From NCBI GenBank assembly GCA_902578935.1, contig CACHEU010000004.1:16523-80522 (forward strand): a stretch of 64,000 bases of DNA. Direction: 5' to 3'. A program made the position numbers and the translations under genes. The stretch comes from an uncultured Pelagibacteraceae bacterium. GTDB lineage: Bacteria; Pseudomonadota; Alphaproteobacteria; Pelagibacterales; Pelagibacteraceae. This document shows, in pieces, positions 48,368 to 60,766 of the stretch. Positions within the stretch are counted from its first letter, which is position 1. The number at the start of each line of letters is the position of its first letter. A model generated the notes under the pieces. That model ran no database searches. It worked only from the letters and a program-made list of their open reading frames with translations, and was not told where the DNA came from.

Positions 48368-49535
48368 AAAGAAAAAAACAATGAATTTAAATTTTGGTCC
48401 ACAACATCCAGCGGCTCATGGAGTGCTTAGACTTATACTTCAGTTAGACGGTGAGATTGTGGAAAAAGCTGACCCGCATATTGGTTTACTTCATAGAGGA
48501 ACAGAAAAGTTAATTGAACACAAAACCTACACACAGGCATTACCTTACTTTGATAGATTGGATTATGTTGCCCCAATGAATCAAGAGCACGCTTTTGCAT
48601 TAGCAACTGAAAAATTACTGAAAATTGAAGTTCCTATAAGAGCCCAATATCTGAGAGTTATTTTTTGTGAAATTGGTAGAATTTTAAGTCATTTATTAAA
48701 TATCACTACACAAGCCTTAGATGTTGGTGCCCTAACCCCATCCCTATGGGGTTTTGAAGAGAGAGAAACTCTGATGACTTTTTATGAAAGAGCGTCAGGA
48801 TCAAGGTTACATGCAAATTATTTTAGAACAGGAGGAGTTCACCAAGATATACCAGGCGATCTTTTAAAAGATATAGGAAAATTTTGTGAAACATTTCCAA
48901 AGACGATAGATGATCTGGAAAATCTTTTAACTGACAATAGAATTTTTAAACAAAGAAATGTTCAGATCGGAGTTGTGACCAAAGAAGATGCGTTAGCATA
49001 TAGTTTTTCAGGAGTAATGTTAAGAGGATCGGGTGTTCCTTGGGATCTAAGAAAGTCCCAAACTTATGAATGTTATAAAAATTTAGATTTTAAAATACCC
49101 ATAGGAAAAAACGGAGATTGTTATGACAGATATTTGTGCAGAATCGAAGAGATGCGAGAAAGTGTAAAAATAATAAAACAATGTATTAAACAAATACCTA
49201 TAGGACCAATAAAAACAGTTGATGGAAAAATATCTCCACCTAAGAAGGAAGAAATAAAACAATCAATGGAAGCATTAATTCATCACTTCAAGCTTTTTAC
49301 AGAAGGTTACAGAGTACCAAAGGGTGAAGTTTATTGTGCTGTTGAAGCTCCAAAAGGAGAGTTTGGAGTTTATTTAATATCTGATGGGAGCAATAAACCC
49401 TATAGATGCAAAATAAGGGCACCAGGATTTTCCCACCTACAAGCTATGGATTATTTAATTCGAGGTCATATGTTAGCTGATGTTCCAGCGGTTCTAGGTT
49501 CATTAGATATTGTTTTTGGTGAGGTAGATAGATGA
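48360..49535 (+). CDS. nuoD: NADH-quinone oxidoreductase subunit D
   Basis: [28 protein letters not shown]-terminal GEVDR. 391 aa. Confidence 0.97.
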   Translation: MSKKKKTMNLNFGPQHPAAHGVLRLILQLDGEIVEKADPHIGLLHRGTEKLIEHKTYTQALPYFDRLDYVAPMNQEHAFALATEKLLKIEVPIRAQYLRVIFCEIGRILSHLLNITTQALDVGALTPSLWGFEERETLMTFYERASGSRLHANYFRTGGVHQDIPGDLLKDIGKFCETFPKTIDDLENLLTDNRIFKQRNVQIGVVTKEDALAYSFSGVMLRGSGVPWDLRKSQTYECYKNLDFKIPIGKNGDCYDRYLCRIEEMRESVKIIKQCIKQIPIGPIKTVDGKISPPKKEEIKQSMEALIHHFKLFTEGYRVPKGEVYCAVEAPKGEFGVYLISDGSNKPYRCKIRAPGFSHLQAMDYLIRGHMLADVPAVLGSLDIVFGEVDR

Positions 49536-50140
49536 GCTTGAAAAAAGTACATGATAAACAGCCAGAAACATTTGAATTTACAAAAGAAAATTTAGAATTA
49601 GCAAACAACATATTAAAAAAATACCCAGAAGGAAGAAAAAAAAGTGCAGTGATGCCACTATTGTATTTAGCACAAAATCAAAATGATAATTGGATACCAT
49701 TAGCTGCATTAAAATATATAGGAAAATTTTTGTCTATGCCGTATGTGAACGTATATGAAGTGGCTACTTTTTATACCATGTATAATTTGGCCCCTGTAGG
49801 AAAATATTTTGTACAAGTGTGTACTACCAGCCCATGTCTCCTGAGAGGAGCAAATGAAATTGTAAAAGTTTGCCAGGATAAAATTTCTGAAAATAAGGAA
49901 ACAATATCAAAAAACGGTTTATGTTCCTGGACCGAGGTCGAGTGTTTGGGAGCATGTGTAAATGCCCCAATGATTCAGATAAACAATGATTATTACGAAG
50001 ATTTAGATAAGAATAGTATGGAAAAAATTGTGGATTCATTGACGGAAAACAAGCCTTTAAAGCCTGGTTCTTATAGGGGTCGAAAGAGTAGCGCTCCTGA
50101 AAAAAATGAAAACAAAATTAATGGAACAAATAATGCTTAA
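49532..50140 (+). CDS. nuoE: NADH-quinone oxidoreductase subunit E
   Basis: 2Fe-2S ligand pattern VCTTSPC...[10 protein letters not shown]. Confidence 0.95.
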   Translation: MSLKKVHDKQPETFEFTKENLELANNILKKYPEGRKKSAVMPLLYLAQNQNDNWIPLAALKYIGKFLSMPYVNVYEVATFYTMYNLAPVGKYFVQVCTTSPCLLRGANEIVKVCQDKISENKETISKNGLCSWTEVECLGACVNAPMIQINNDYYEDLDKNSMEKIVDSLTENKPLKPGSYRGRKSSAPEKNENKINGTNNA

Positions 50141-51455
50141 AGAAGAAGATAAAATTTTTAAAAATTTATACAACAATCTGGGCTGGACTCTTGAAGAATC
50201 TTTAAAAAGAAGTGATTGGTCTAACACAAAAGATATAATTTCAAAAGGAAGAGAGTGGATTATTAATGAAATTAAAACGTCAGAATTAAGAGGAAGAGGT
50301 GGAGCGGGTTTTCCAACAGGTGTCAAATGGTCATTTGCCCCCAAAAAAGTTGGTTCGCGCCCTCACTACCTAGTTATTAACGCTGACGAGTCAGAGCCTG
50401 GAACTTGTAAAGATAGAGATATAATGAGGTTTGAACCCCAAAAATTAATTGAAGGTTGTTTAATTACATCTTTTGCAGTTAATGCACACACTTGTTACAT
50501 ATATATCCGAGGTGAATATTTTAATGAAGGAAGAAGACTTCAAAAAGCAATAGATGAGGCTTATGAAAAAAAATTCATTGGTAAAAATGCATGTAATTCT
50601 GGTTGGGATTTGGACATCCATATTCATTTTGGTGCAGGGGCATATATTTGTGGTGAAGAAACAGCATTACTCGAAAGTCTTGAAGGTAATAAAGGACAGC
50701 CTAGACTAAAACCCCCTTTTCCGGCTTTGGTTGGATTATATGGATGTCCAACAATAGTAAACAATGTTGAAACAATTGCAGTTGTTCCAACTATATTAAG
50801 AAAAGGAGCTAAATGGTTTGCATCTATTGGACGCCCAAAAAATACGGGAACAAAAATATTTTGTATTTCTGGAAATGTAAATAACCCATGTAACGTTGAA
50901 GAAGAAATGGGAATTTCTTTAAAAGAACTCGTAGAGAAACACGCAGGAGGAGTGACTGGTGGTTGGAAAAATTTACAAGCAATTATTCCAGGAGGTTCTT
51001 CAATGCCACTTATTCCAAAAGAAACATGTGAAACAATAAAAATGGATTTTGATTCATTAATTGCAGCCAAAAGTGGCTTAGGAACAGCAGGCGTAGTTGT
51101 GATTAACAAAGATCAAGACATAGTTAAATGCATGGCTAGAATAGCAAAGTTTTATAAACACGAAAGTTGCGGACAGTGTACACCATGCAGAGAAGGATCA
51201 GGATGGATGTGGAGAATTCTTGAAAGAACAGCAAAAGGGGAAGCAACCTTTAAGGATATTGATTTATTGTCTGATGTTACAAAACAAATTGAAGGTCATA
51301 CAATATGTGCGTTTGGAGAGGGATCGGCCTGGCCAGTTCAAGGTCTTCTAAGACATTTTAGAAAAGAGATAGACAAGAGATGTTTTTCTGAACCTCTTAT
51401 TAAAAAGAAAAGGGATATTCCTTACTTAGTGGATCAACATTTGTTGGAAAAATAA
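50133..51455 (+). CDS. nuoF: NADH-quinone oxidoreductase subunit F
   Basis: [10 protein letters not shown] (FMN site), [31 protein letters not shown] (N3 cluster). I prefer ATG 50133 (MLKEEDKIF, 8-nt overlap with nuoE) over ORF-track 50106. Confidence 0.95.
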   Translation: MLKEEDKIFKNLYNNLGWTLEESLKRSDWSNTKDIISKGREWIINEIKTSELRGRGGAGFPTGVKWSFAPKKVGSRPHYLVINADESEPGTCKDRDIMRFEPQKLIEGCLITSFAVNAHTCYIYIRGEYFNEGRRLQKAIDEAYEKKFIGKNACNSGWDLDIHIHFGAGAYICGEETALLESLEGNKGQPRLKPPFPALVGLYGCPTIVNNVETIAVVPTILRKGAKWFASIGRPKNTGTKIFCISGNVNNPCNVEEEMGISLKELVEKHAGGVTGGWKNLQAIIPGGSSMPLIPKETCETIKMDFDSLIAAKSGLGTAGVVVINKDQDIVKCMARIAKFYKHESCGQCTPCREGSGWMWRILERTAKGEATFKDIDLLSDVTKQIEGHTICAFGEGSAWPVQGLLRHFRKEIDKRCFSEPLIKKKRDIPYLVDQHLLEK

Positions 51456-51457
51456 AT

Positions 51458-53512
51458 ATGCCCAAAATAATTATAAATGACAAGGAAATAGAATTTGAAA
51501 ATGGAATGACCGTTTTACAGGCATGCGAGTTAGCTGGATTTGAAATTCCAAGATTTTGCTATCATGAGCGTTTGTCAATAGCGGGGAACTGTAGAATGTG
51601 TTTGGTTGAGATGGAAAAATCCCCAAAACCTATAGCTTCATGCGCTATGCCGGCTACTGATGGAATGAACATAAAGACCAATACAAGCATGGTTGAAAAA
51701 GCAAGAAAAGGTGTAATGGAATTTTTGTTAGCGAACCATCCACTAGATTGTCCAGTTTGTGATCAAGGTGGAGAATGTGATTTGCAAGATCAATCTCTTT
51801 ATTACGGTTTTGATAAATCAAGATTTAAGGAAAATAAAAGAGAAGTAAAAGACAAATATATGGGTCCGTTAATTAAAACTATAATGACAAGATGTATTCA
51901 TTGTACCAGATGTGTGAGATTTGCAACAGAAGTGGGTGGAGTTACAGAACTGGGAGCTATTGGAAGAGGAGAAAATATGGAAATTACTACGTATTTAGAA
52001 AAATCAATGGAATCAGAATTATCAGCAAATGTAATTGATCTTTGTCCAGTTGGAGCTTTAACGTCAAAACCGTATGCTTTTGAAGCTAGACCTTGGGAAT
52101 TAAAAAAAACAGAAACCATAGACGTAATGGATTCGGTTGGATCAAATATCAGAGTGGACACCTATGGCTGGGAAGTAAAAAGAATTTTACCAAGGTTAAA
52201 TAATAATATTAATGAAGAATGGATTTCAGATAAAACCAGATATGCTTGTGATGGTTTATTAAAACAAAGACTAGACAAACCTTATAAAAGAGAAAATGGA
52301 AAGCTAGTAGAGAGCACTTGGGATGAAATTATAAATATTGTTTGTTCCAAAATTAAAGAAACAGAAAAAAATCTAGTAGCTGCTCATGTAGGCGACATGC
52401 AAAGCATGGAAACTATAAATTCTTTTAAATCATTGTTAGATTCAATAGGCGTTAATAATTATGATTTTAGAGAAAAACCTTTCTATATAAATCCTGAAAA
52501 CAAAATAAATTACATATTTAACACTTCTATAAAAGGTATAGAAGAATCGGATTGTATAGTTCTTGTCGGATCAAATCCTCGACATGAAGCAACGATGGTT
52601 AATGCAAGAATTAGAAAAAATTTTGTAAACAAAAAAACATCTATATTATCTTTTGGAAATCCTGGGGATTTGACTTATGACTACACAATAGTCGGAAATA
52701 CGACCGAAGATATAAAGAAATTTGTAAACAAACAAAATAAAGCCAGTGAAATATTTTTGAAATCTAAAAAACCAATAATTATTATTGGAGAATCTGCACT
52801 AGAATTAGAGTCTGGTCAATTTATTCTTGAAAGTATTAAAAAATTTTTACTAGACAACAATTTTATTAATGAAAAATGGAACGCTTTTAATATTCTTATA
52901 CAAAACGCATCATCTATAGGCGCTATAGATATAGGTTTTTTAAAAATAAGTAAAAAAAATAATTTTGAATTTTTTAACAAACTAAATAACCATCAATTCA
53001 GTTTACTTTATTTGGTTGGTTCAGATAATTTAGACTTTACAAAAAAAGATGAGTTCATTATTTACCAAGGTAGTCATGGTGATCGTACTGCCCAAATTGC
53101 CGATATTATTTTACCAAGTCCTGCATTTACCGAGCAAAATGGATTATTTATAAATTTAGAAGGTAGATTACAAAAATCTATAAAATCCACCTATCCTCCA
53201 GGTGTTGCTAAAGAAGACTGGAGAATTTTTAACTTAATTTCTAGACATTTAAACAATCAAGATTTGTTTAAAAATTTTAAAGAACTGAGAGATAATACTT
53301 TAAAAAAAATAAAAGATCATTCCGATTTTGATGTTTTGCCAAAAACAAAAATAAGTCAAGAAAACTCAGAAATAGGTAGCTTTACTAACGAATCTGTATT
53401 GATCAAAGCAATTGACTATTACTTTAGTAATTCTATCGCAAGATCCTCAAAAACTATGAGCGATTGTAGAGCAGCAAGATCAAAAAACTTAAAAAACCAA
53501 ACGGGAACTTAA
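51458..53512 (+). CDS. nuoG: NADH-quinone oxidoreductase subunit G
   Basis: N-terminal 2Fe-2S ([15 protein letters not shown]) and 4Fe-4S motifs ([24 protein letters not shown]). 684 aa. Confidence 0.96.
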   Translation: MPKIIINDKEIEFENGMTVLQACELAGFEIPRFCYHERLSIAGNCRMCLVEMEKSPKPIASCAMPATDGMNIKTNTSMVEKARKGVMEFLLANHPLDCPVCDQGGECDLQDQSLYYGFDKSRFKENKREVKDKYMGPLIKTIMTRCIHCTRCVRFATEVGGVTELGAIGRGENMEITTYLEKSMESELSANVIDLCPVGALTSKPYAFEARPWELKKTETIDVMDSVGSNIRVDTYGWEVKRILPRLNNNINEEWISDKTRYACDGLLKQRLDKPYKRENGKLVESTWDEIINIVCSKIKETEKNLVAAHVGDMQSMETINSFKSLLDSIGVNNYDFREKPFYINPENKINYIFNTSIKGIEESDCIVLVGSNPRHEATMVNARIRKNFVNKKTSILSFGNPGDLTYDYTIVGNTTEDIKKFVNKQNKASEIFLKSKKPIIIIGESALELESGQFILESIKKFLLDNNFINEKWNAFNILIQNASSIGAIDIGFLKISKKNNFEFFNKLNNHQFSLLYLVGSDNLDFTKKDEFIIYQGSHGDRTAQIADIILPSPAFTEQNGLFINLEGRLQKSIKSTYPPGVAKEDWRIFNLISRHLNNQDLFKNFKELRDNTLKKIKDHSDFDVLPKTKISQENSEIGSFTNESVLIKAIDYYFSNSIARSSKTMSDCRAARSKNLKNQTGT

Positions 53513-53514
53513 TT

Positions 53515-54510
53515 ATGGAATTTATCTACACAATTTATAATGAAACTTACAAAATTTTATTGTTATTGATACCTTTGCTTATATCAGTAGCATTAATTGT
53601 TTGGTTTGATAGGAGAGTTTGGGGTTTTGTACAAAAAAGAAAAGGCCCAAATGTTGTTGGACCTTTTGGTTTGTTCCAAACAGTAGCAGACGCCTTAAAA
53701 TATATATTCAAGGAAATTATAATTCCCGCAAGTGCTAACAAAATCGTATTTATTCTTGCTCCGATTGTGACAATGACATTAGCCTTGTCAGCTTGGTCAG
53801 TTATTCCATTAAGTGAAAGAATAATTATTGCAGATATCAATGTGGGTGTTTTGTATATTTTTGCTATATCTTCTTTGGGAGTCTATGGAATTATTATGGG
53901 TGGTTGGGCATCAAACTCAAAATATCCTTTTTTAGGATCTATTAGATCTGCAGCTCAAATGGTTTCTTACGAAGTTTCAATTGGGATAATAATTATTAAC
54001 GTACTACTTTGTGTTGGTTCTTTAAATTTAAAAGATATTGTTTTAGCTCAAGAAAAACTATGGTTTGTGGTTCCTTTATTTCCAATGTTTGTAATTTTTT
54101 TTATATCTGCTTTAGCAGAAACAAATCGTCCACCTTTTGATTTACCAGAAGCAGAGGCGGAACTTGTTGCCGGCTATCAAACTGAATACTCAGGAATGAT
54201 GTACGCAATGTTTTGGTTGGGAGAATATGCAAATATTTTATTATTGTGTGCTCTTGGCTCAATTCTTTTTCTTGGCGGATGGTTATCTCCAATAGATATT
54301 TATCCATTTAATATTATTCCAGGTGTTTTTTGGATGATATTTAAAATTTTATTATTATTTTTTATGTTTGCAATCATTAAGGCAATAGTACCGAGATACA
54401 GGTATGATCAATTAATGAAGTTAGGGTGGAAAGTGTTTTTACCCTTTTCTTTATTATATGTCGTCTTGACTGCGAGTTTTTTAGTTTACTTTGACTTATT
54501 ACCTAAATGA
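53515..54510 (+). CDS. nuoH: NADH-quinone oxidoreductase subunit H
   Basis: [34 protein letters not shown] motifs. Confidence 0.97.
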   Translation: MEFIYTIYNETYKILLLLIPLLISVALIVWFDRRVWGFVQKRKGPNVVGPFGLFQTVADALKYIFKEIIIPASANKIVFILAPIVTMTLALSAWSVIPLSERIIIADINVGVLYIFAISSLGVYGIIMGGWASNSKYPFLGSIRSAAQMVSYEVSIGIIIINVLLCVGSLNLKDIVLAQEKLWFVVPLFPMFVIFFISALAETNRPPFDLPEAEAELVAGYQTEYSGMMYAMFWLGEYANILLLCALGSILFLGGWLSPIDIYPFNIIPGVFWMIFKILLLFFMFAIIKAIVPRYRYDQLMKLGWKVFLPFSLLYVVLTASFLVYFDLLPK

Positions 54511-54519
54511 TAATTTTTA

Positions 54520-55005
54520 ATGAAATTAAATAGATTTTTTAAAATAATATTTTTATCTGAGTTTGTTAAAGCAATAATTATTGCCATCAAAGAAATTCTA
54601 AAAAAGAAAAAAACAATAAATTATCCTTTTGAAAAAGGAAAAATAAGCCCGAGGTTTAGAGGTGAACACGCCCTACGTAGATATCCAAATGGAGAAGAAA
54701 GATGTATTGCTTGCAAATTGTGCGAGGCCGTCTGTCCTGCTCAAGCAATAACAATTGAGAACGAAGAAAGACCTGACGGCAGTAGAAAAACAACAAGATA
54801 TGATATTGATATGATCAAATGTATTTATTGCGGACTATGCGAAGAGTCATGTCCAGTTGATGCAATTGTTCAAGGGCCAAATTTTGAATTTTCAACAGAA
54901 ACAAGAGAAGAACTTTACTACAACAAAGAAAAATTATTAGAAAACGGAGACCGTTGGGAGTCTGTTTTGGCAGAAAACATCAAATTAGATAAGCCATACA
55001 GATAG
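54520..55005 (+). CDS. nuoI: NADH-quinone oxidoreductase subunit I
   Basis: Two ferredoxin motifs, [12 protein letters not shown] and [12 protein letters not shown]. Confidence 0.97.
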   Translation: MKLNRFFKIIFLSEFVKAIIIAIKEILKKKKTINYPFEKGKISPRFRGEHALRRYPNGEERCIACKLCEAVCPAQAITIENEERPDGSRKTTRYDIDMIKCIYCGLCEESCPVDAIVQGPNFEFSTETREELYYNKEKLLENGDRWESVLAENIKLDKPYR

Positions 55006-55011
55006 ATACAA

Positions 55012-55644
55012 ATGATAGCACACGCATTATTTTTTTATTTTTTTTCTGTAATTGCGATTGTATCAGCAATTTTTGTTATAGTTTCAAGGAACACCGTTCA
55101 TGCTGTATTTTTTTTGATACTAGATTTTATTTCGATTGCTTGTCTATTCATAATGATTGGCGCAGAGTTTCTAGGCATGATGATGTTAATTGTTTATGTT
55201 GGAGCGGTGGCTGTTTTGTTTTTATTTGTTGTAATGTTAATGAATGTAACAGAACAAAAATCCTCTTGGTTTAGAGGTACTAAAAAATCTAATCATATTC
55301 CAACAGGACTGATTGTAGGATCAGTCATTCTATTAGAACTTATCGTTATTGTTGGAGGCTGGAAATATAGAGACACCTTTTCCGAAACAAAGTTTTTATC
55401 ATTTGATAAAGAATTTACAAACACTCACGCAATTGGAAATGTAATGTATACAGAGTATATACATTTATTTCAGATCTCCGGAATAATATTATTACTAGCG
55501 ATGATTGGAGCAATAGTTTTGACTTTTAGGAAGAGAGAAGGGGTTAAAACACAAAGTTATTTTAAACAGGTTTCACGAGAACGTGAGGACTCAGTGGAAT
55601 TAGTCGATGTTGAATTTGATAAAGGAGTAAAATTTGATGATTGA
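55012..55644 (+). CDS. nuoJ: NADH-quinone oxidoreductase subunit J
   Basis: 210-aa membrane subunit with [15 protein letters not shown]. Operon position. Confidence 0.93.
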   Translation: MIAHALFFYFFSVIAIVSAIFVIVSRNTVHAVFFLILDFISIACLFIMIGAEFLGMMMLIVYVGAVAVLFLFVVMLMNVTEQKSSWFRGTKKSNHIPTGLIVGSVILLELIVIVGGWKYRDTFSETKFLSFDKEFTNTHAIGNVMYTEYIHLFQISGIILLLAMIGAIVLTFRKREGVKTQSYFKQVSREREDSVELVDVEFDKGVKFDD

Positions 55645-55948
55645 AATTGGATTAGGTCACTATCTTACTCTTGGAGCCGTTATTTTTTCTTTGGGAACGT
55701 TAGGAATTTTTTTAAATAGAAAAAATGTAATTGTTATTCTGATGTCAGTAGAGCTCATACTTTTAGCTGTTAATATAAATCTTGTTTCATTTTCAATTTA
55801 TCTTCAGGACATAAGTGGACAAATATTTACAATGTTAATTTTGACTGTTGCAGCAGCTGAAGCTGCCATAGGTCTAGCTATTATTGTAGCTTATTACAGA
55901 AACAAGGGCTCAATAAGAGTTGAAGAAATAGATGAGATGAAAGGCTAA
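55634..55948 (+). CDS. nuoK: NADH-quinone oxidoreductase subunit K
   Basis: 104 aa, 3 TM segments, [14 protein letters not shown] motif. Confidence 0.95.
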   Translation: MMIEIGLGHYLTLGAVIFSLGTLGIFLNRKNVIVILMSVELILLAVNINLVSFSIYLQDISGQIFTMLILTVAAAEAAIGLAIIVAYYRNKGSIRVEEIDEMKG

Positions 55949-57859
55949 ATGGAATACGCAATTTTATTTTTACCTTTAGTAGGAGCAATTTTTGGGTATT
56001 TAGCAAAATATTTTGGTGATCTTACTTCTCAATTGCTTACAACATTCCTTGTTTGTGTATCTGCAATTTTATCAATTGTATTATTTTACAATGGAATCTT
56101 TCACGGAACTTACGGAAACTATTTAATATATCAATGGATAGCTTCAGGAAATTTTGTAGTTAATTGGTCAATAAACATAGATCCTCTAAGTTCAATCATG
56201 TTAGTTGTAGTCTCTGTTGTTTCAGCCTTGGTTCATATTTATTCAATTGGATATATGAATCACGATCCTAACAAACCAAGGTTTATGTCATACCTGTCAT
56301 TATTCACTTTTTCCATGTTGGTGTTAGTTGTATCAGACAATTTTTTACAATTATTTTTTGGATGGGAAGGCGTTGGTTTATGTTCGTATTTATTAATTGG
56401 ATTTTGGTACAAAAAAGATTCAGCAAACAATGCAGCAATAAAAGCTTTTATAGTAAATAGAGTAGGAGATTTTGGTTTTGCTATAGGAATATTTCTTATA
56501 TTTATGTTTTTTGGAACATTAAACTACAATGAGGTTTTTCAATTAGTTCCTGAATTTTCCCAAGAGAAAATTAATTTTTTAGGATTTAATTCAAATTTAA
56601 TTACACTCATTTGCTTATTTTTATTTGTGGGAGCAATGGGAAAATCAGCTCAATTTTTCTTACATACATGGCTACCAGATGCTATGGAGGGCCCAACACC
56701 AGTATCAGCTTTAATTCATGCTGCAACCATGGTTACTGCTGGAGTATTTTTAGTCGTAAGATGTTCTCCAATTTTTGAATATTCTCAAGTTGCTTTAAAT
56801 TTTGTTGCAATAATTGGTATGTTAACCGCATTTTTTGCAGCATCAGTTGCTATAGTTCAAAATGATATAAAAAGGATAATTGCATATTCCACATGTAGTC
56901 AATTAGGATACATGTTTTTTGCAGCCGGTGTAGGCGCTTATCATGTAGCAATATTTCATTTATTTACACATGCCTTTTTTAAAGCTCTATTATTTTTAGG
57001 ATCTGGATCTGTAATTCATTCTTTAAATGACGAACAAGACATAAGGAATATGGGAGGGATATGGAAACAAATGCCCTTCACATGGATTGCCATGATAGTA
57101 GGAACATTAGCTCTTACCGGGTTTCCTTTTTTATCAGGTTACTACTCAAAAGATGCAATAATAGAATTTGCTTACTTAAAAGGAACAAATATTGGTTATT
57201 TTGCTGCTTCGATAGGAATAATCACTGCTCTTTTGACAGCAATTTACTCTTGGAGACTAATTTTAAAAACTTTTCATGGGAAATTTAATAATGAGCATCT
57301 ATCAAAATCAGAAATACATGAATCAGGAATGGTTATAATTTTTCCATTAGCCATTTTGATATTAGGTTCTATTTTCGCAGGTTTTCTATTTAAAGATTTT
57401 TTAATTGGACATCATTATGTTGATTTTTGGAAAGACTCAATATTAATACTTCAGGCATTTAATCATTCACATATACCTATGTGGTTACTATATACCACAC
57501 CAATTTTAGTTACTTTAGCGATTCCTTTATCTTACTCTTTGTATATTAAAAACGATAAACTTTTAGAAAGAATTAAAATTAAAAACGAATTGGTTTATAA
57601 GTTTTTATTAAATAAATGGTACTTTGATGAACTATACAATTCAATTTTTGTAAAGCCCGTCAAAGCGATAGGATCATTTTTCTGGAAATCAGGCGATATA
57701 AAAACTATAGATCGATTCGGACCAGATGGTATTTCAAAAATAGTAAAAATTATTTCAAAAAAAGCTACTAAATTTCAAACCGGATATATCTACGATTATG
57801 CATTTGTTATGCTAATAGGATTATCTTTATTACTAACTATTTTTATTTTTTACAAATGA
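55949..57859 (+). CDS. nuoL: NADH-quinone oxidoreductase subunit L
   Basis: Antiporter-like subunit, 636 aa. GWEGVGLCSYLLIGFW, WLPDAMEGPTPVSALIHAATMV. Confidence 0.96.
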   Translation: MEYAILFLPLVGAIFGYLAKYFGDLTSQLLTTFLVCVSAILSIVLFYNGIFHGTYGNYLIYQWIASGNFVVNWSINIDPLSSIMLVVVSVVSALVHIYSIGYMNHDPNKPRFMSYLSLFTFSMLVLVVSDNFLQLFFGWEGVGLCSYLLIGFWYKKDSANNAAIKAFIVNRVGDFGFAIGIFLIFMFFGTLNYNEVFQLVPEFSQEKINFLGFNSNLITLICLFLFVGAMGKSAQFFLHTWLPDAMEGPTPVSALIHAATMVTAGVFLVVRCSPIFEYSQVALNFVAIIGMLTAFFAASVAIVQNDIKRIIAYSTCSQLGYMFFAAGVGAYHVAIFHLFTHAFFKALLFLGSGSVIHSLNDEQDIRNMGGIWKQMPFTWIAMIVGTLALTGFPFLSGYYSKDAIIEFAYLKGTNIGYFAASIGIITALLTAIYSWRLILKTFHGKFNNEHLSKSEIHESGMVIIFPLAILILGSIFAGFLFKDFLIGHHYVDFWKDSILILQAFNHSHIPMWLLYTTPILVTLAIPLSYSLYIKNDKLLERIKIKNELVYKFLLNKWYFDELYNSIFVKPVKAIGSFFWKSGDIKTIDRFGPDGISKIVKIISKKATKFQTGYIYDYAFVMLIGLSLLLTIFIFYK

Positions 57860-59352
57860 ACTTTCCAATATTATCTTCAATTACTTTTTTACCTTTGATA
57901 GGTGCCTTTTTTGTACTTTTAACACGAAGTGAAAAGGGACAAGGCAATACCGGGGCAGTTTATATATCTATTTTTACAAGTTTTGTAAATTTTTTTATTA
58001 CTTTGTTTTTGTGGTATACATTTGATAACAAAATTTCTGATTTTCAATTTGTTGAAGAAATTAGTTGGATAAGCGGTTTCATAAAATTTAAATTTGGAAT
58101 AGATGGTATTTCCATTTTATTTATTCTTTTAACCGCTTTTATTACCCCAATTTGTATTATCTCTTGTATTAACAGCGTAAAAACCAGATTAAAAGAATTT
58201 CTTATTGCACTTCTAGTTTTAGAAACTTTTATGATAGGAGTTTTTTGCTCTTTAGACCTGGTAGTTTTTTACCTTTTCTTTGAAGCCGGTTTAATACCTA
58301 TGTTTTTAATTATTGGTATCTGGGGAGGCCCTAGAAAAGTTTATTCGGCTTTTAAATTTTTCTTATTTACTCTTTTAGGATCTGTTTTGATGCTTGTTGC
58401 AATCATTGCAATTTATTGGATTACCGGAACAACAGATGTAACTCAGATTTATGAAATTAAAATTCCACAAGAGTTTCAATATTTATTGTGGCTGGCTTTC
58501 TTTAGTTCTTTTGCGGTTAAGTTGCCAATGTGGCCTGTACACACATGGTTACCAGATGCTCATGTTGAAGCACCCACACCAGGTTCAGTTATACTGGCAG
58601 CAATTTTATTAAAAATGGGCGGTTACGGTTTTCTAAGATTTTCGATTGGAATGTTTCCATTTGCTTCAGAGTACTTCACTCCGTTAATTTTTACTTTAAG
58701 TGTTATAGCAGTGATTTACACTTCGTTAGTGGCACTAATGCAAGATGATATGAAAAAATTAATTGCATATTCCTCAGTCGCTCATATGGGTTTTGTTACA
58801 ATGGGAATTTTTACCTTTAATAAACAAGGTGTTGAAGGAAGTATAATCCAAATGTTTAGCCATGGATTAATTTCCGCAGCACTTTTTTTATGTGTAGGGG
58901 TTCTTTATGACAGAACACATTCTAGGTTAATCAAATCATATGGAGGGGTTGTTCACATATTACCAAAATATTCTTTTCTTTTTATGGTTTTTGCTTTGGC
59001 AACATTAGGATTACCTGGAACCAGTGGTTTTGTTGGAGAATTTTTAGTTTTAGTAGGGACATTTAAGGTAAACTTTTTAGTAGCAATTTTAGCAAGCATT
59101 GGAGTTATACTTGCAGCAGCATATATCCTTTGGCTTTACAAGAGGGTAATATTTGGCAAATTAGAAAATATTCAATTAAAAAAAATCAAAGATGTTAACT
59201 TGTCAGAGGGTTCTATACTTGTTGTTTTGTGTATTACGGTATTATTTTTTGGATTTTATCCCGACCCGCTTTTGGAAACAATGAAAGTATCCGTTGACAA
59301 CCTAATCAATAATTACAACTTAGAAATCACCAAGAGGATTACTTTAAAATAA
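57856..59352 (+). CDS. nuoM: NADH-quinone oxidoreductase subunit M
   Basis: WLPDAHVEAPTPGSVILAAILLKMGGYG motif. 498 aa. Confidence 0.96.
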   Translation: MNFPILSSITFLPLIGAFFVLLTRSEKGQGNTGAVYISIFTSFVNFFITLFLWYTFDNKISDFQFVEEISWISGFIKFKFGIDGISILFILLTAFITPICIISCINSVKTRLKEFLIALLVLETFMIGVFCSLDLVVFYLFFEAGLIPMFLIIGIWGGPRKVYSAFKFFLFTLLGSVLMLVAIIAIYWITGTTDVTQIYEIKIPQEFQYLLWLAFFSSFAVKLPMWPVHTWLPDAHVEAPTPGSVILAAILLKMGGYGFLRFSIGMFPFASEYFTPLIFTLSVIAVIYTSLVALMQDDMKKLIAYSSVAHMGFVTMGIFTFNKQGVEGSIIQMFSHGLISAALFLCVGVLYDRTHSRLIKSYGGVVHILPKYSFLFMVFALATLGLPGTSGFVGEFLVLVGTFKVNFLVAILASIGVILAAAYILWLYKRVIFGKLENIQLKKIKDVNLSEGSILVVLCITVLFFGFYPDPLLETMKVSVDNLINNYNLEITKRITLK

Positions 59353-59356
59353 ACAT

Positions 59357-60766
59357 ATGCTAGCTATAAAATTTTTAATTCCTGAAATTTTTTTATCAAT
59401 TTCTATATTTTCTTTATTAATGATTGGTGTTTTTATAAAAAATAGTTTTGAGATAATTTACAGGCTTTCACTTTTTGTGATTATTTTAATCATTTTGATA
59501 ATTTTAAGCGGGGACAGTGAGTCCATAAAAATTTTTAGCGAAAGTTTTACTATTGATAGATTTTCTTTATATTCGAAGATTTTAATTTTGATCTCTACCT
59601 TTTTTGTTCTACTGATGTCAAAAAAATATATCGTAGATATAAAGAACAACAAATTTGAATATCCAATTATTATTCTTTTATCGATTCTAGGGATGTTTAT
59701 TATGGTCAGTTCTAATGACCTCATTTTGTTTTATATGGGGTTAGAATTGCAGTCGTTGGCGCTTTACATCTTAGCCTCTATAGATAGAGACAATATAAAA
59801 TCCTCAGAAGCAGGTGTTAAGTATTTCGTTCTAAGCGCACTTTCCTCTGGTCTTCTTTTGTATGGGTGTTCTCTAATATACGGTTTTACTGGTTCAACTA
59901 ATTTTGAAGAGATAGCAAATAGTAAAGATTTTAATGTTGGCACAATTTTTGGAATGGTTTTCATACTTGTTGGTCTTGCTTTCAAAGTTTCAGCGGTACC
60001 TTTTCATATGTGGACACCAGATGTATATCAGGGTTCCCCAACTTCTGTAACGAGCTTTTTTTCTGTGGTTCCAAAGGCAGCAGGCATCGCTATATTTATA
60101 AAATTTATGTATTTGCCTTTCCGAGATGTTTTAAATCAATGGCAGTATATATTAGTTTTCATGTCCATAGCTTCAATGATTTTGGGTGCGGTTGCTGCAA
60201 TAGGACAAACAAATATTAAAAGGCTTATGGCTTACAGCTCAATAGGTCATATAGGTTATGCTATTGCAGGAATAGCAGCGGGAACAGAAAACGGATTTAA
60301 AAGCACATTAATTTATATTTCAATTTATATAGTTATGAATATAGGTGCTTTTGCTTGCATACTTTTGATGAAGAGAGATGGAAAATACGTAGAAGAAATA
60401 GAAGAACTATCTGGTGTCTCAAAAAATCATCCCATGATGTCTTTTGGACTATTAATTATATTATTTTCTCTAGCCGGAATTCCTCCTTTGGCAGGTTTTT
60501 TTGCAAAATTTTATATTTTTATGGCCGTTATTGAGAGTGAAATGTATACTTTAGCTATAATTGGTTTAGTAACAACAGTTTTGTCTGCTTTTTATTATAT
60601 AAGGATTATAAAAATTATGTATTTTGACGAACCTAAAAAACCTTTTGAAAAATTTGTAGACTACAAAATTCATGGCCCAATAGTTTTAAGTTGTGTTTTA
60701 TTGGTTTCATTTTTTATATATCCGTCTATTTTAAATGAAATTGTTTCAAATATTAGTATTTTTTAA
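59357..60766 (+). CDS. nuoN: NADH-quinone oxidoreductase subunit N
   Basis: FHMWTPDVYQGSPTSVTSFF motif. 469 aa. Last gene of the operon. Confidence 0.96.
   Translation: MLAIKFLIPEIFLSISIFSLLMIGVFIKNSFEIIYRLSLFVIILIILIILSGDSESIKIFSESFTIDRFSLYSKILILISTFFVLLMSKKYIVDIKNNKFEYPIIILLSILGMFIMVSSNDLILFYMGLELQSLALYILASIDRDNIKSSEAGVKYFVLSALSSGLLLYGCSLIYGFTGSTNFEEIANSKDFNVGTIFGMVFILVGLAFKVSAVPFHMWTPDVYQGSPTSVTSFFSVVPKAAGIAIFIKFMYLPFRDVLNQWQYILVFMSIASMILGAVAAIGQTNIKRLMAYSSIGHIGYAIAGIAAGTENGFKSTLIYISIYIVMNIGAFACILLMKRDGKYVEEIEELSGVSKNHPMMSFGLLIILFSLAGIPPLAGFFAKFYIFMAVIESEMYTLAIIGLVTTVLSAFYYIRIIKIMYFDEPKKPFEKFVDYKIHGPIVLSCVLLVSFFIYPSILNEIVSNISIF

Noticed and set aside
50624-51109. Long antisense ORFs inside well-supported genes: 161 aa antisense to nuoF, 38279-38677 in clpX, 4493-4822 in thiG, 62353-62751 in rnj, 23253-23639 in nnrD, 30809-31141, and many 60-110 aa ORFs.
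   Set aside because: Each lies fully within a confidently identified conserved gene on the other strand. Their translations are low-complexity or hydrophobic with no motifs. These are the shadow ORFs expected from codon structure.
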